NCBI GenBank assembly: GCA_963775425.1
Contig: CAVZJB010000013.1
Location: 1-64,000, forward strand
Length of the DNA: 64,000 nt
Direction: 5' to 3'
Origin: an uncultured delta proteobacterium
GTDB taxonomy: Bacteria; Myxococcota; UBA727; VGSZ01
The notes under the pieces were generated by a model. That model worked only from the letters and a program-made list of their open reading frames with translations, was not told the origin of the DNA and made no database searches. The translations under genes were made by a program, and so were the position numbers. Positions 19,285 to 29,523 of the stretch are shown in pieces (the stretch's first letter is position 1; each line of letters starts with the position of its first letter).

Positions 19285-20082
19285 TCACGGAGGATCGGCG
19301 AGGAGCTTCGGGAGCTCCTCGTAAAACCCCGAGGATTCCAGCGAGTCCGCGACGGCTCGCCACTCGGTGTTCCACGTCAAGGCAGAGGCGACGTCCTCGG
19401 GCCGCCAGGTGTCGGGCGGGTGGTCGCGGTCCTGCAAACCGTACGCGAAGCGAGGGAGGAAGAAGGTCTCGAGCGCGACCCCGGCTTTGGCGGGACGCAT
19501 GGTCGAGCGCCACTCGTCGACCGTGAGCGGGCGGTCCGCCACCGACGGGTCCAGCACGCGGCGCTCGACGCCGTCCTTGGTCTGCACGTGGACCACGGGG
19601 GCCTCGTGGTACCACACGACGGTGTAGCCGAGCTTGGCCCGCGGGGTGTCCATGACGAGGTCGGCGCCGAGCGGGATCAGGAAGACCTTCTCCGAGGACA
19701 CGCCCTGCTCCTCGAGGCGCTTGCAGACCACGTGCGAGCGGTGGACGCAGCCCTCCTCGAGGAAGCCGAAGGGCACGTCGGTCATCGCCGTCACCGCGCG
19801 CCACGCCTCGGCCAGCTTCGCTTCGCTGAGCACGCCACCCACGTCGCGCCGGGCCTGCACCTGCGCGAGGGCCACCTCGTGGAGCGGCCGCACGGGGGAC
19901 GAGCTCGGCGGCGCCGGCAGCTTCTGGCCGGCGACGTCGCCGAGGACGGCCATCAGCTCGTCGAGGGCGCGGCCCGTCGGCGCCAGCGGGCTTTGGGCGA
20001 GGACGTCGGCGGCGTTGTCCTTGGGGACGCAGTCCCCGAAGACCGCCCGAAGTTGCCTCACCGCCGTCGGGGTCACACGCAT
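19285..20082 (-). CDS. Protein-glutamine glutaminase family (Cys-His-Asp deamidase)
   Basis: PFGFLEEGCVHRSH, KVF, WYHEAPVV, VLDPS, PLTVDEW match the protein-glutaminase pattern. Confidence 0.8.
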   Translation of the reverse strand: MRVTPTAVRQLRAVFGDCVPKDNAADVLAQSPLAPTGRALDELMAVLGDVAGQKLPAPPSSSPVRPLHEVALAQVQARRDVGGVLSEAKLAEAWRAVTAMTDVPFGFLEEGCVHRSHVVCKRLEEQGVSSEKVFLIPLGADLVMDTPRAKLGYTVVWYHEAPVVHVQTKDGVERRVLDPSVADRPLTVDEWRSTMRPAKAGVALETFFLPRFAYGLQDRDHPPDTWRPEDVASALTWNTEWRAVADSLESSGFYEELPKLLADPP

Positions 20083-20088
20083 CGGGGG

Positions 20089-20098
20089 ATGATAGCGT
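20089..20098. promoter_or_regulatory. Overlapping divergent -10 elements
   Basis: TATCAT (minus, 6 nt before ATG 20082) and TAGCGT (plus, 7 nt before ATG 20106) share the central TA. Confidence 0.55.
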
Positions 20099-20105
20099 GC
20101 AGGAC

Positions 20106-22304
20106 ATGGAGGGCGAGCAGCTCGGCGATTTCGTGCTCGCAGAGCGCGTGGCGCGCGGCGGCATGGCCGAGGTCTGGCGCGCGCGGGGCCCGGACGGGGC
20201 CGTCGTCTGCATCAAGCGCCTGGACCCGTCGCTCAGGAGCGACGTCGACTTCATCGAGATGTTCCGCGACGAGGCCGCGCTCGTCCTCGACCTCGACCAC
20301 GAAAACATCGTGAAGATGTACGAGCTCATCGACACCGACGACGAGCTCGCGCAGGTCATGGAGTTCGTCGACGGCCCGTCGCTCGCGCGCATCCGCTCGG
20401 CGGTGGAGGAGTTCTCCATCGAGGAGGCGCTGCAGATCAGCATCTACCTGGCGCGCGCGCTGTTCCACGCACACACGCGGACGCGCGACGGCATCCCCGA
20501 CGGCGCGCCCCTGCACATCGTCCACCGCGACGTCAGCCCGCAGAACATCCTCGTCGACAAGGGCGGGCACCTGAAGCTCGTCGACTTCGGCATCGCCAAG
20601 GCCGCGCAGCGCTTGACGAGGACGCAGGCGGGCACGCTCAAGGGCAAGCTGAGCTACATGGCGCCCGAGCAGGCCCGGGGCGGCCCGCTCGACCACCGGG
20701 CCGACCAGTTCGCGGCCGGCATCCTCGCGTGGGAGATGCTCACGGGGCGCCGGCTGTTCGGCGGTCGCAACGAGCTGTTGATCCTCGAGCAGGTGCAGAA
20801 GTCGGATCCGGTGCCGCCGTCGACGGTGAAGCGCAGCATCCCGCGCTCCATCGACAAGGCCGTGCTGCGCGCGCTGCGCTGGCACCCCGAGGAGCGCTTC
20901 CCCGACATGGCCGCGTTCGAGCGCGCGCTGCAGGCGTGCCTCGTCGAGGTGGAGCCGCGCGGGCACTTCGACCTGGCGCCGCTCGTGGCGCGGACGCTCG
21001 CGAACGAGCCCATCGAGAAGACCGCGGCCAAGGCCCAGCAGGGCGCGCAGCGGACGCGCGTCATCTCCGCCGAGAACGACGGCGACAACATCGGGTCGGC
21101 GACGACGTCGGCGGACGGCGCCCCCGTGATGACGGACCCCACGGCGCAGCCTGAGCACACGGGACAGTTCTTCCGCAGGCGCGCCGCGTGGAGCCCCGCC
21201 ACCCTCGCCGCGGGCGCCGCCGGCGTCCTCGTCGTCGGCGCCGCGGTGTCGGCGGCGGTGTGGTTCGCCGAGCGCGACACCGACGCCGACACCACCGTGA
21301 AGATTCCGCCGCTGTTCACCGACCTCGCCGGCGCGCGCGCGGCGTACCCGAAGCTGTCGGCGTCGCTCGCGGCGTCGTGCCGGGACGATTGCGTCGAGCC
21401 GCTCGCCAAGCTCGACCCCGACAAGCTCACGCTCGTCAACGCCGCCGACCTCGACGCGTGCGCCCTCCGCTGCAAGGTCTCCGGCGCCGGCGCGTTTCAG
21501 CCGCCGGCCGCCGACATCCTCGAGCAGCGCCTCGAGAAGGCGCCCGCGCACCCGTGCCGCACCGAGCTCCTCGACGACCTGCTCGACAAGAGCCCCCTCA
21601 GCCTCGTCGGGCGCGCGGCCCTCGGCGACTCGGTCGGGGCGTGCCTGCTCACGGCCGCCGACGCGCCCCGCGTGCGCGCGTCCTTGAAGCCCGACGCGCT
21701 CGAGGAGCCGGGCTGGCCTCGCCGCCACCACCGATACGTGCGCCGCACCCCCGCGGTGGTGCACGCGCACGTGCACGAGCTGGAGCGCCGCGGGCGCCTC
21801 GCGCTCGCCGTCGGCGACTACGAGAGCGCGAAGGAGCTGTACGCGGAGGCGCTGCACCTCGACGCGAGCCGCGTCGCCGACCAGGCGCCCATCGCGCAGG
21901 CGTTCCGCGGCCTCGGCGATCCCGCCAACGCCGGGTGGCACATGCGCCTGTGGCTCTACGCCGACCCCACGTCGCCCGACGCCGAGCGCGCCCTGCGCTA
22001 CCTCAAGCGCTACGACCAACCAAAGGCGCTCGTGCCGTCGGACAAGCCCACCGACGAGGAGCGCTGGGCACGCGTGGCGCGCCTGCTGTTCGACGCCGAG
22101 CACGGCGATCCCATCGCGCCGCTCGAGAGCGCGCGGCTGCTCGCCCCCGACGACCACGAGATCCTCGTCCGCCTCGGCGACGCGTACGCCAAGGCCGGGC
22201 GCAAGGATGACGCCAAGAAGATGTTCCAGACGGCGCTCAGGACCGCGAGCCGTGCTCAGGCACGCGCGCTGCGCGCGCGCATCAAGAAGCTCGGATCATC
22301 GTGA
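20106..22304 (+). CDS. Membrane Ser/Thr protein kinase with C-terminal TPR-like region
   Basis: GGMAEV, IKR, HRDVSPQN, DFGIAK, YMAPE; one TM segment; TPRs. Confidence 0.93.
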   Translation: MEGEQLGDFVLAERVARGGMAEVWRARGPDGAVVCIKRLDPSLRSDVDFIEMFRDEAALVLDLDHENIVKMYELIDTDDELAQVMEFVDGPSLARIRSAVEEFSIEEALQISIYLARALFHAHTRTRDGIPDGAPLHIVHRDVSPQNILVDKGGHLKLVDFGIAKAAQRLTRTQAGTLKGKLSYMAPEQARGGPLDHRADQFAAGILAWEMLTGRRLFGGRNELLILEQVQKSDPVPPSTVKRSIPRSIDKAVLRALRWHPEERFPDMAAFERALQACLVEVEPRGHFDLAPLVARTLANEPIEKTAAKAQQGAQRTRVISAENDGDNIGSATTSADGAPVMTDPTAQPEHTGQFFRRRAAWSPATLAAGAAGVLVVGAAVSAAVWFAERDTDADTTVKIPPLFTDLAGARAAYPKLSASLAASCRDDCVEPLAKLDPDKLTLVNAADLDACALRCKVSGAGAFQPPAADILEQRLEKAPAHPCRTELLDDLLDKSPLSLVGRAALGDSVGACLLTAADAPRVRASLKPDALEEPGWPRRHHRYVRRTPAVVHAHVHELERRGRLALAVGDYESAKELYAEALHLDASRVADQAPIAQAFRGLGDPANAGWHMRLWLYADPTSPDAERALRYLKRYDQPKALVPSDKPTDEERWARVARLLFDAEHGDPIAPLESARLLAPDDHEILVRLGDAYAKAGRKDDAKKMFQTALRTASRAQARALRARIKKLGSS

Positions 22305-22795
22305 ACCCTCTCGACGGACAAGGCCCCATGCTCCGCGCGAACACCGCGACCCGCACCCCGCTCCGCCCCGCTCCGCGCGCGCGCGCCACGCGCATCACCG
22401 CCGCTGTCGTCGTCGCGCTCGGCGCGATGGCGATGGCGACGGGCTGCCCGAAGGCGGGCGTCGACAAGCCCACCACCGCCACCGCCGCGCCGTCGCCGCC
22501 GTGGTGGATGAGCATCAAGGACGGCAAGCTCCACCGCGGCCTCGACGAGGCGCCCATCGGCTTGTACGCCGCCGGCGAGCAGGCCGGCGCCGACGGCGGC
22601 GCGGGCCGCTTCGTCCCCGGCGGGGACATCGAGGGCAGCGGGCCCATCGGCGACAAGGGCACGCCGGGCTTCCTCGATCTCGCCACCGGCACCTTCGTCA
22701 ACAAGAGCGAGCCGCACCCGCCGCCGCCGTACATCGAGGGCGCCATGACACCCTCGGGCTTCTCGCCGGCGTCGCGCCACGTCGTGTATCGCTGA
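22301..22795 (+). CDS. Hypothetical lipoprotein
   Basis: Hydrophobic stretch followed by ATGC lipobox; GTGA overlap with the kinase stop; start uncertain. Confidence 0.6.
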   Translation: MNPLDGQGPMLRANTATRTPLRPAPRARATRITAAVVVALGAMAMATGCPKAGVDKPTTATAAPSPPWWMSIKDGKLHRGLDEAPIGLYAAGEQAGADGGAGRFVPGGDIEGSGPIGDKGTPGFLDLATGTFVNKSEPHPPPPYIEGAMTPSGFSPASRHVVYR

Positions 22796-22811
22796 CGCCC
22801 TCGGCGCGCGC

Positions 22812-23720
22812 TCACCGGGGCATGTCGCCGGGAGGGAAGCCGAACGACAGGCGCACGGTGGCGTACTCGGGGTGCGTGGAGCCGTCGGCGCGGCGGATGA
22901 CGAGCGGGGGCTCGATGACGGGCTTTCCCTCGACGACGGGGGCGCCGGCGGGGAGGACGGCGGGATCGCCCGGGAAGCTCGACGGCAGATCGGCCCGCCT
23001 TCCGGCCAGGTAGACGGCGGCGCCGCTCTCGGACGCGGGCGCGCCCTCCTTGAAGACGAAGTCGCGCTTGCGCAACAGCACGAGGCCGGCGTCGTGCAAC
23101 GCCAGGCGCACGCGCACGTCCTGCGACGCCTGGTGCACGCACGCAAAGACGCCGCCGGGCGCGAGCACCGCCGCGGCGGCCCTGGCGTAGTCGCCGACGT
23201 CGCCGCGCACCTCGAGCCGCGCGGGCACCGCCTGCGCGTGCGCCGCCGGCAGCGCCGTCCCCACCGCCCAGTAGGGCGGGCTCCCGGTGACGAGGTCGAA
23301 GGGGCCGCCGGCGCGCACGGCCTCGTCGAGGACGGCGCGGTCGCGCAGGTCGCCGTGCAGGAGCGTAAAGCGCTCCTCGACGCCGTTGTGGCGCACGCTC
23401 TTGTTCGCGAGCGCGAGCGAGACCTCCTGCGCCTCCACCGTCACCATGCGCGCGCCGGGGAGGCGCCAGGCGACCATGAGGGCGACGGAGCCGATGCCGC
23501 TGCCGAGGTCGAGCGCCCGCTCCACGCGCGGCGCCCACGACGACGCGTAGAAGGCGCACAGCACGTCGTCGCTGGAGTAGCGGTGGCCGCGCTCCGCCTG
23601 GAAGATGCGCCAGTGCCCACAGAGGAAGTCGAGCGTCTCGCTCGGCCCCACCGTGACGCCGCCGGGCGGGAGCGGGCCGGGACGGCGCCAGCCGCGATAG
23701 ACGTCGTCGGGGTTCGCCAT
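22812..23720 (-). CDS. tRNA1(Val) A37 N6-methyltransferase-like (TrmN6/YfiC family)
   Basis: GHRYSSDDVL, LDLGSGIG, FDLVTGSPPY, ARLE. Confidence 0.8.
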   Translation of the reverse strand: MANPDDVYRGWRRPGPLPPGGVTVGPSETLDFLCGHWRIFQAERGHRYSSDDVLCAFYASSWAPRVERALDLGSGIGSVALMVAWRLPGARMVTVEAQEVSLALANKSVRHNGVEERFTLLHGDLRDRAVLDEAVRAGGPFDLVTGSPPYWAVGTALPAAHAQAVPARLEVRGDVGDYARAAAAVLAPGGVFACVHQASQDVRVRLALHDAGLVLLRKRDFVFKEGAPASESGAAVYLAGRRADLPSSFPGDPAVLPAGAPVVEGKPVIEPPLVIRRADGSTHPEYATVRLSFGFPPGDMPR

Positions 23721-23788
23721 GGCGGCGGTGTAGCAGGGATCGGGGGGCTCTGTAGCCGGGCCGGCGACGGGGTGGCAGTCTTCGGGCC

Positions 23789-24997
23789 ATGCGCCTCCTT
23801 CTCGTCGCCACGGGGCTCCTGCTGGCCGGTTGCGGCAACGCCTTCATCGTCACCGACTCGTTCACGCCGCCGCCGCAGGGGTTGGACTCGGCGCCGGACT
23901 CGCTGCACGAGTACGCCGTCGGCACCGTGTTCGGCCTGGACGTCCGCGCCTCGCGGATGTTCGTCGACATGAACGTGGTGAAGGTGGTGGCCAAGAACCC
24001 CGACCTCCTCACCGTCGACGACCAGAAGCTCGAGGACGGCGTGATCCACGCGACGCTGCACGCGCTCGCGGCGGGCACGGCGGGGCTCGACTTCGTCGAC
24101 GATCACAACCGCCCGCTCGAGGAGCGCGTCATCGAGGTCAAGCAGCCCGACGAGATCGACCTCGCCGTCGACATCGACACCGACCACGGCTACACCATCC
24201 CCGCCCTCGACGGCGACAACATGCTCGTCGCCGCCGGCGGCAAGGTGACCTTCCGTGTGAGCTACAAGGCCGGTGGCGGTGAGGTGAAGGGCAAGGGTGT
24301 CCTCGTCGGCGCCTCGGACACGTTCACGGTGCAAAACCCGACCAAGGACGGCCCCGACCGCGAGCTCGTGAAGCTGCTCGCCCCGGCGCAGCCCGGCGAG
24401 GTGGTGCCGGTGGATCTGTCGGTGGCCGATCAGGTCGTGCGCACGCTCCAGGTCCGGGCCGCGTCCCCCGACGAGATCGCGACCATCCAGCTCGACGAGG
24501 GCGAGCTGCCCTCGTGGAAGAGCAACGGCGACGTCTACACCGTCTGGGGCAAGGCCTTCACCGAGGACGCGGCGCCGGTCTTCGGCGCGCCGCTCGCGTG
24601 GACCTTCGACAGCGCCACCGTCGACGGCGACGGCGACCTGCTCTCGTACACCTACCAGGGCGGCGAGCGCCGGCGCATCCAGGTGCGCGCGGGCGACGCC
24701 GTCGAGGACCTCACCGTCGAGGCCAAGGACGGCACCGCGCTCGTGGGAACGACGCAGAGCGCGGGCTGCGCCGCCGTCCCCGGCGCGCCGCCCGCGCTCG
24801 CCTTGCTGTTGCTCGGCCTCGCGCGCCTGCGCCGGCGCGGCGAGCGATTGGGCGCCCCATCGCGGGTTACGCTTCGGAGCGAAGCTCGGCGAGGAACTCT
24901 TCCTTCGTCACCAGGCCGCGGCGCGCCAGGATGCGCATCAGCGCCCAGAACTTCTTCTCGAGGTTCTCGAGATCCTCGAGGTCTGCGGGGCGCGTGA
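23789..24997 (+). CDS. Lipoprotein with beta-rich domains and a MYXO-CTERM-like tail
   Basis: Lipobox LAGC; GCAAVPGAPPALALLLLGLARLRRR near 24764-24838; the ORF continues 131 bp into the convergent gene. Confidence 0.7.
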   Translation: MRLLLVATGLLLAGCGNAFIVTDSFTPPPQGLDSAPDSLHEYAVGTVFGLDVRASRMFVDMNVVKVVAKNPDLLTVDDQKLEDGVIHATLHALAAGTAGLDFVDDHNRPLEERVIEVKQPDEIDLAVDIDTDHGYTIPALDGDNMLVAAGGKVTFRVSYKAGGGEVKGKGVLVGASDTFTVQNPTKDGPDRELVKLLAPAQPGEVVPVDLSVADQVVRTLQVRAASPDEIATIQLDEGELPSWKSNGDVYTVWGKAFTEDAAPVFGAPLAWTFDSATVDGDGDLLSYTYQGGERRRIQVRAGDAVEDLTVEAKDGTALVGTTQSAGCAAVPGAPPALALLLLGLARLRRRGERLGAPSRVTLRSEARRGTLPSSPGRGAPGCASAPRTSSRGSRDPRGLRGA

Positions 24998-25724
24998 TCG
25001 ACAGGATGTCCTGCGACTGCACCGGCGCGCCCTCCTGGCTCAAAGCCATGGTGAACACGCCCGTGGGCTGACCGACGTACTCCGGCGGCGGCGGCTGCTC
25101 GGCGAGCCCCGGCGCCTGCCGGCCGCGGTCGGTGACCTCGTCGGTGAGCTGGATGACCGGCGTCTCCGGGTTGGTCCCCACCACGCGCTCTTCGTGGCCC
25201 GTCATGATGGTCATCGAGTCGTTGACGGCAGGCCGGCCGCCGGGACCCTGCCGCGTCATCGCCAGCGGCGCGACGTCGACGCGCTCGCCGTAGTAGTGGC
25301 GGCGGATGGCCTGCTCCAGCGACGAGATCTGGGCGATGGCGGGCTTGACGATGGTGTCGGTGGAGAAAGAGATCTCGTCGATGGCGGTGACGTTCAGCGG
25401 GTCCGCCATGGCCAGAAGAAGCATGCGACGGCCGTTGGGTTGCTCGCGCAGCGCGATGGGGAACACGTCGTGCTGCTCGGCGAGGCGGCGCGGCACCATC
25501 TGGAGCGCGCGCGGGTCGGCGACGATGCGCGACAGGTCGACCATCGGGATGGCGAGGGACTCCGACAGGACCCGGGTGAGCACACCCTCGGCGATGAACC
25601 CCTTGGCCACGAGCGCCGTGCCGAGACGCATGCCCCACTGGCGCTGGTGCGCGAGGGCCGAGTTGAGCTGGTCCACGTCGATGAGCCCGCGCTCGATCAA
25701 GATCTCGCCTAGCCGCTTCTTCAC
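24867..25724 (-). CDS. Stand-alone MshEN/GspE N-terminal domain protein (no ATPase)
   Basis: RLGEILIERGLIDVDQLNSALAHQRQWGMRLGTALVAKG, AMADP, C-terminal LMRILARRGLVTKEEF; GTG 25724 after GGAGG. Confidence 0.85.
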   Translation of the reverse strand: MKKRLGEILIERGLIDVDQLNSALAHQRQWGMRLGTALVAKGFIAEGVLTRVLSESLAIPMVDLSRIVADPRALQMVPRRLAEQHDVFPIALREQPNGRRMLLLAMADPLNVTAIDEISFSTDTIVKPAIAQISSLEQAIRRHYYGERVDVAPLAMTRQGPGGRPAVNDSMTIMTGHEERVVGTNPETPVIQLTDEVTDRGRQAPGLAEQPPPPEYVGQPTGVFTMALSQEGAPVQSQDILSITRPADLEDLENLEKKFWALMRILARRGLVTKEEFLAELRSEA

Positions 25725-25795
25725 GTCGCCTCCGCAGACGGGCGTGTACACGACTCGGACGCGGACGCAAAACCCGCGTTCCGACCGGGCGCGTC

Positions 25796-27193
<1,398 letters not shown>

Positions 27194-27238
27194 GCGCGCG
27201 GGATACCACGGGAGAGCCATGGGTGTTAGGACAAGCGC

Positions 27239-28561
27239 GTGGGGCTCCGCGCGCGGCTCATCCTCATCGTCACCCTCGGGCTCGGCGTGTCGCTCGCCGG
27301 GTCCATGGGGGTGTTGCTGCGCCTCGACGAGCACGACGAGCGGCGCGACGCCAGCCAGCGCGCCGCCGCCTTGCTCTCGGCGCTGTCCGCGCCCATGTCG
27401 GTCCTCCTCACGCAGGGGCGCGTCGCCGACCTCGACAACCTCATGGGAGAGCTCGCGCACCGCAGCGAGAACCTGGGCCTCGACGGCATCACCCTCGTCG
27501 ACGCGCGCGGCGTCGTCGTCGCCAGCACCGACGACTCGCTGTTCAACAAGGACCTCGCCGCCGGCGACCCGTTCGTGAAGCGCGCCGTCGAGAGCAGCGA
27601 CGCGCTGCAGGACCCGCCGCCGCCGGGGCGGCCGCGGCGGGTGAGCGTGCCGGTGCAGACGGGGGTGCGCTGGGCCACGCTCCTGGGCAGCCTCGACGAG
27701 CGCAAGCTGCAGGCGTCGCTGGTGGAGCGGCGGCGCCGCTTGTTGTTGAGCGCGCTGGCGGTGTCGAGCCTCGGGCTGCTCGTCTTGCTGGTGCTGTTGT
27801 CCATCGAGGTGCTCACGCCCATGAGCGACATCGCGCGCATGGCGAAGCGGCTCGCCCGCGGCGACCTCAAGGCGCGCGCGCGGGTGCGCGGCTCCACGGA
27901 GCTTCAGGTGCTCGCCACCACGTTGAACGACGCCGCGCGGCAGCTCGGCTCCACGCAAGAGCAGCTCGAAGCGGAGGTGGCCCGCCGCACCGACGAGCTC
28001 CGCCGCGCCAACGAGCAGCTCAGCCAGGCCAACGAGCGCCTGGAGCGCCTCGCGCTCACCGATCCGCTCACGGGCTTGTTCAACCGCCGCTACCTCGAGC
28101 AGGCGCTCGCCTTCGAGGTCACGCGCCAGAGACGCCAGAAGCGGCCGTTCTCCTTGCTGATGGTCGACGTCGATCACTTCAAGACCTACAACGACACGCA
28201 CGGGCACCCCAAGGGTGACGAGATGCTGCGCGTGCTCGCCAGGATCCTCCAGCAGAGCCTGCGCGCGTCCGACATCGTGGCCCGCGTCGGCGGCGAAGAA
28301 TTCGTCGTCGTGCTCCTCGACGCGGAGCTGCCCACCGCGCGCGCGGCCGCCGACAAGGTGCGCGAAGCCGTACAGGAGCACGACTTCGCGCTCGCCGAGC
28401 AGCAGCCGGGGGGCCGCCTGACGATCTCCGTCGGCGTCGCGAGCTGGCCCAAGCACGGCGAGAGCGCCGACGAGGTGCTCGCCGCCGCCGACCGCGCGCT
28501 GTACCTCTCGAAGGCGGCGGGACGAAACGCGGTGACCTCGGCCCCGGAGCCCCTGGCATGA
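27239..28561 (+). CDS. Membrane HAMP-GGDEF diguanylate cyclase
   Basis: 2 TM + periplasmic domain + HAMP + coiled coil; TDPLTGLFNRR, DVDHFK, RASD I-site, GGEEF. Confidence 0.95.
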   Translation: MGLRARLILIVTLGLGVSLAGSMGVLLRLDEHDERRDASQRAAALLSALSAPMSVLLTQGRVADLDNLMGELAHRSENLGLDGITLVDARGVVVASTDDSLFNKDLAAGDPFVKRAVESSDALQDPPPPGRPRRVSVPVQTGVRWATLLGSLDERKLQASLVERRRRLLLSALAVSSLGLLVLLVLLSIEVLTPMSDIARMAKRLARGDLKARARVRGSTELQVLATTLNDAARQLGSTQEQLEAEVARRTDELRRANEQLSQANERLERLALTDPLTGLFNRRYLEQALAFEVTRQRRQKRPFSLLMVDVDHFKTYNDTHGHPKGDEMLRVLARILQQSLRASDIVARVGGEEFVVVLLDAELPTARAAADKVREAVQEHDFALAEQQPGGRLTISVGVASWPKHGESADEVLAAADRALYLSKAAGRNAVTSAPEPLA

Positions 28562-29523
28562 CCCCGAGCGATGTGCGGTCCGCGGTCGCTCTCGCCGTCG
28601 GCGTCGTCGCGCTGTGCGGGTGCCCGCGGGCGAGCAACGACCTCGCGGCGTTCGGCGGCGGCTTCGACCCCACGCGCTACGACGCGGGCCCGCTCGCGCC
28701 CGCCGACGACGCGCTCGGGCGGCCGCTGCGCTTGAGCGTGCCGCCGTTTTACTCGAGCTCGATCGCCGCCGACGCCGCGCACGACCTCGAGGGCTTCCTC
28801 GCCCAGGAGATCGGCGTGCAGGTCGAGGTGCGGGCGCCCAAGGCCTACGACACCGCGGCGATCGTCGACGCGCTCAGCTCCGGTGAGATCGACCTCGCTG
28901 AGCTGTCGCCCTATCAGTTCGCGCTCCTCGACGAGCGGAACCTCGTGGTGCCCGTGGCCGCCATGGTCGCCCACGGCGCCTCCACCTACGGCAGCTACCT
29001 CGTCGTGCGCCAGGGCTCGCACATCCGCTCCGTCGACGACATCAAAGGCAAGCGCGTCGGCTTCGTCGACCCGCTGTCGACGTCGGGCTACCTGTTCCCG
29101 GCGCTCTTCTTGCGGGAGCACGGCATCGACATCGACAAGGACGTGCAGGCGAGCTTCACCGGCAGCCACCCGGCGTCCGTCGAGGCCGTGCGCACGGGAA
29201 CCGTCGACGTCGCCGCCGTCGCCTCCGACCTCCTCATCGGAAACGCGGGCCTCGCCGGCCCGCTCGTCGTCGTCGCCAAGGCGGGCCGCATGCCCTACGA
29301 CATCATCGTCGCGCGCAAGGACCTCGACGCGCGCGTGCTGCAACGCGCGCGCGCCGCGCTTTTGCACCTGTCCATCCACGACGAGCGGGGGCGCGCCGCG
29401 CTGCGCGCGTTCTCCTCGTGCGACGGCTTCATGCCCGTGCCACCCGGCCACTACGACGGCATCAAGGCCGCGGTGAAGCGGATGGTTGCCGGGGCGCCCG
29501 CGACGCCGCCGCCCGGACCATGA
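28558..29523 (+). CDS. PhnD-like (phosphate/phosphonate family) substrate-binding lipoprotein
   Basis: Lipobox LCGC; IKGKRVGFVDPLSTSGYLFP, FTGSH; ATGA overlaps on both sides. Confidence 0.85.
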   Translation: MTPSDVRSAVALAVGVVALCGCPRASNDLAAFGGGFDPTRYDAGPLAPADDALGRPLRLSVPPFYSSSIAADAAHDLEGFLAQEIGVQVEVRAPKAYDTAAIVDALSSGEIDLAELSPYQFALLDERNLVVPVAAMVAHGASTYGSYLVVRQGSHIRSVDDIKGKRVGFVDPLSTSGYLFPALFLREHGIDIDKDVQASFTGSHPASVEAVRTGTVDVAAVASDLLIGNAGLAGPLVVVAKAGRMPYDIIVARKDLDARVLQRARAALLHLSIHDERGRAALRAFSSCDGFMPVPPGHYDGIKAAVKRMVAGAPATPPPGP

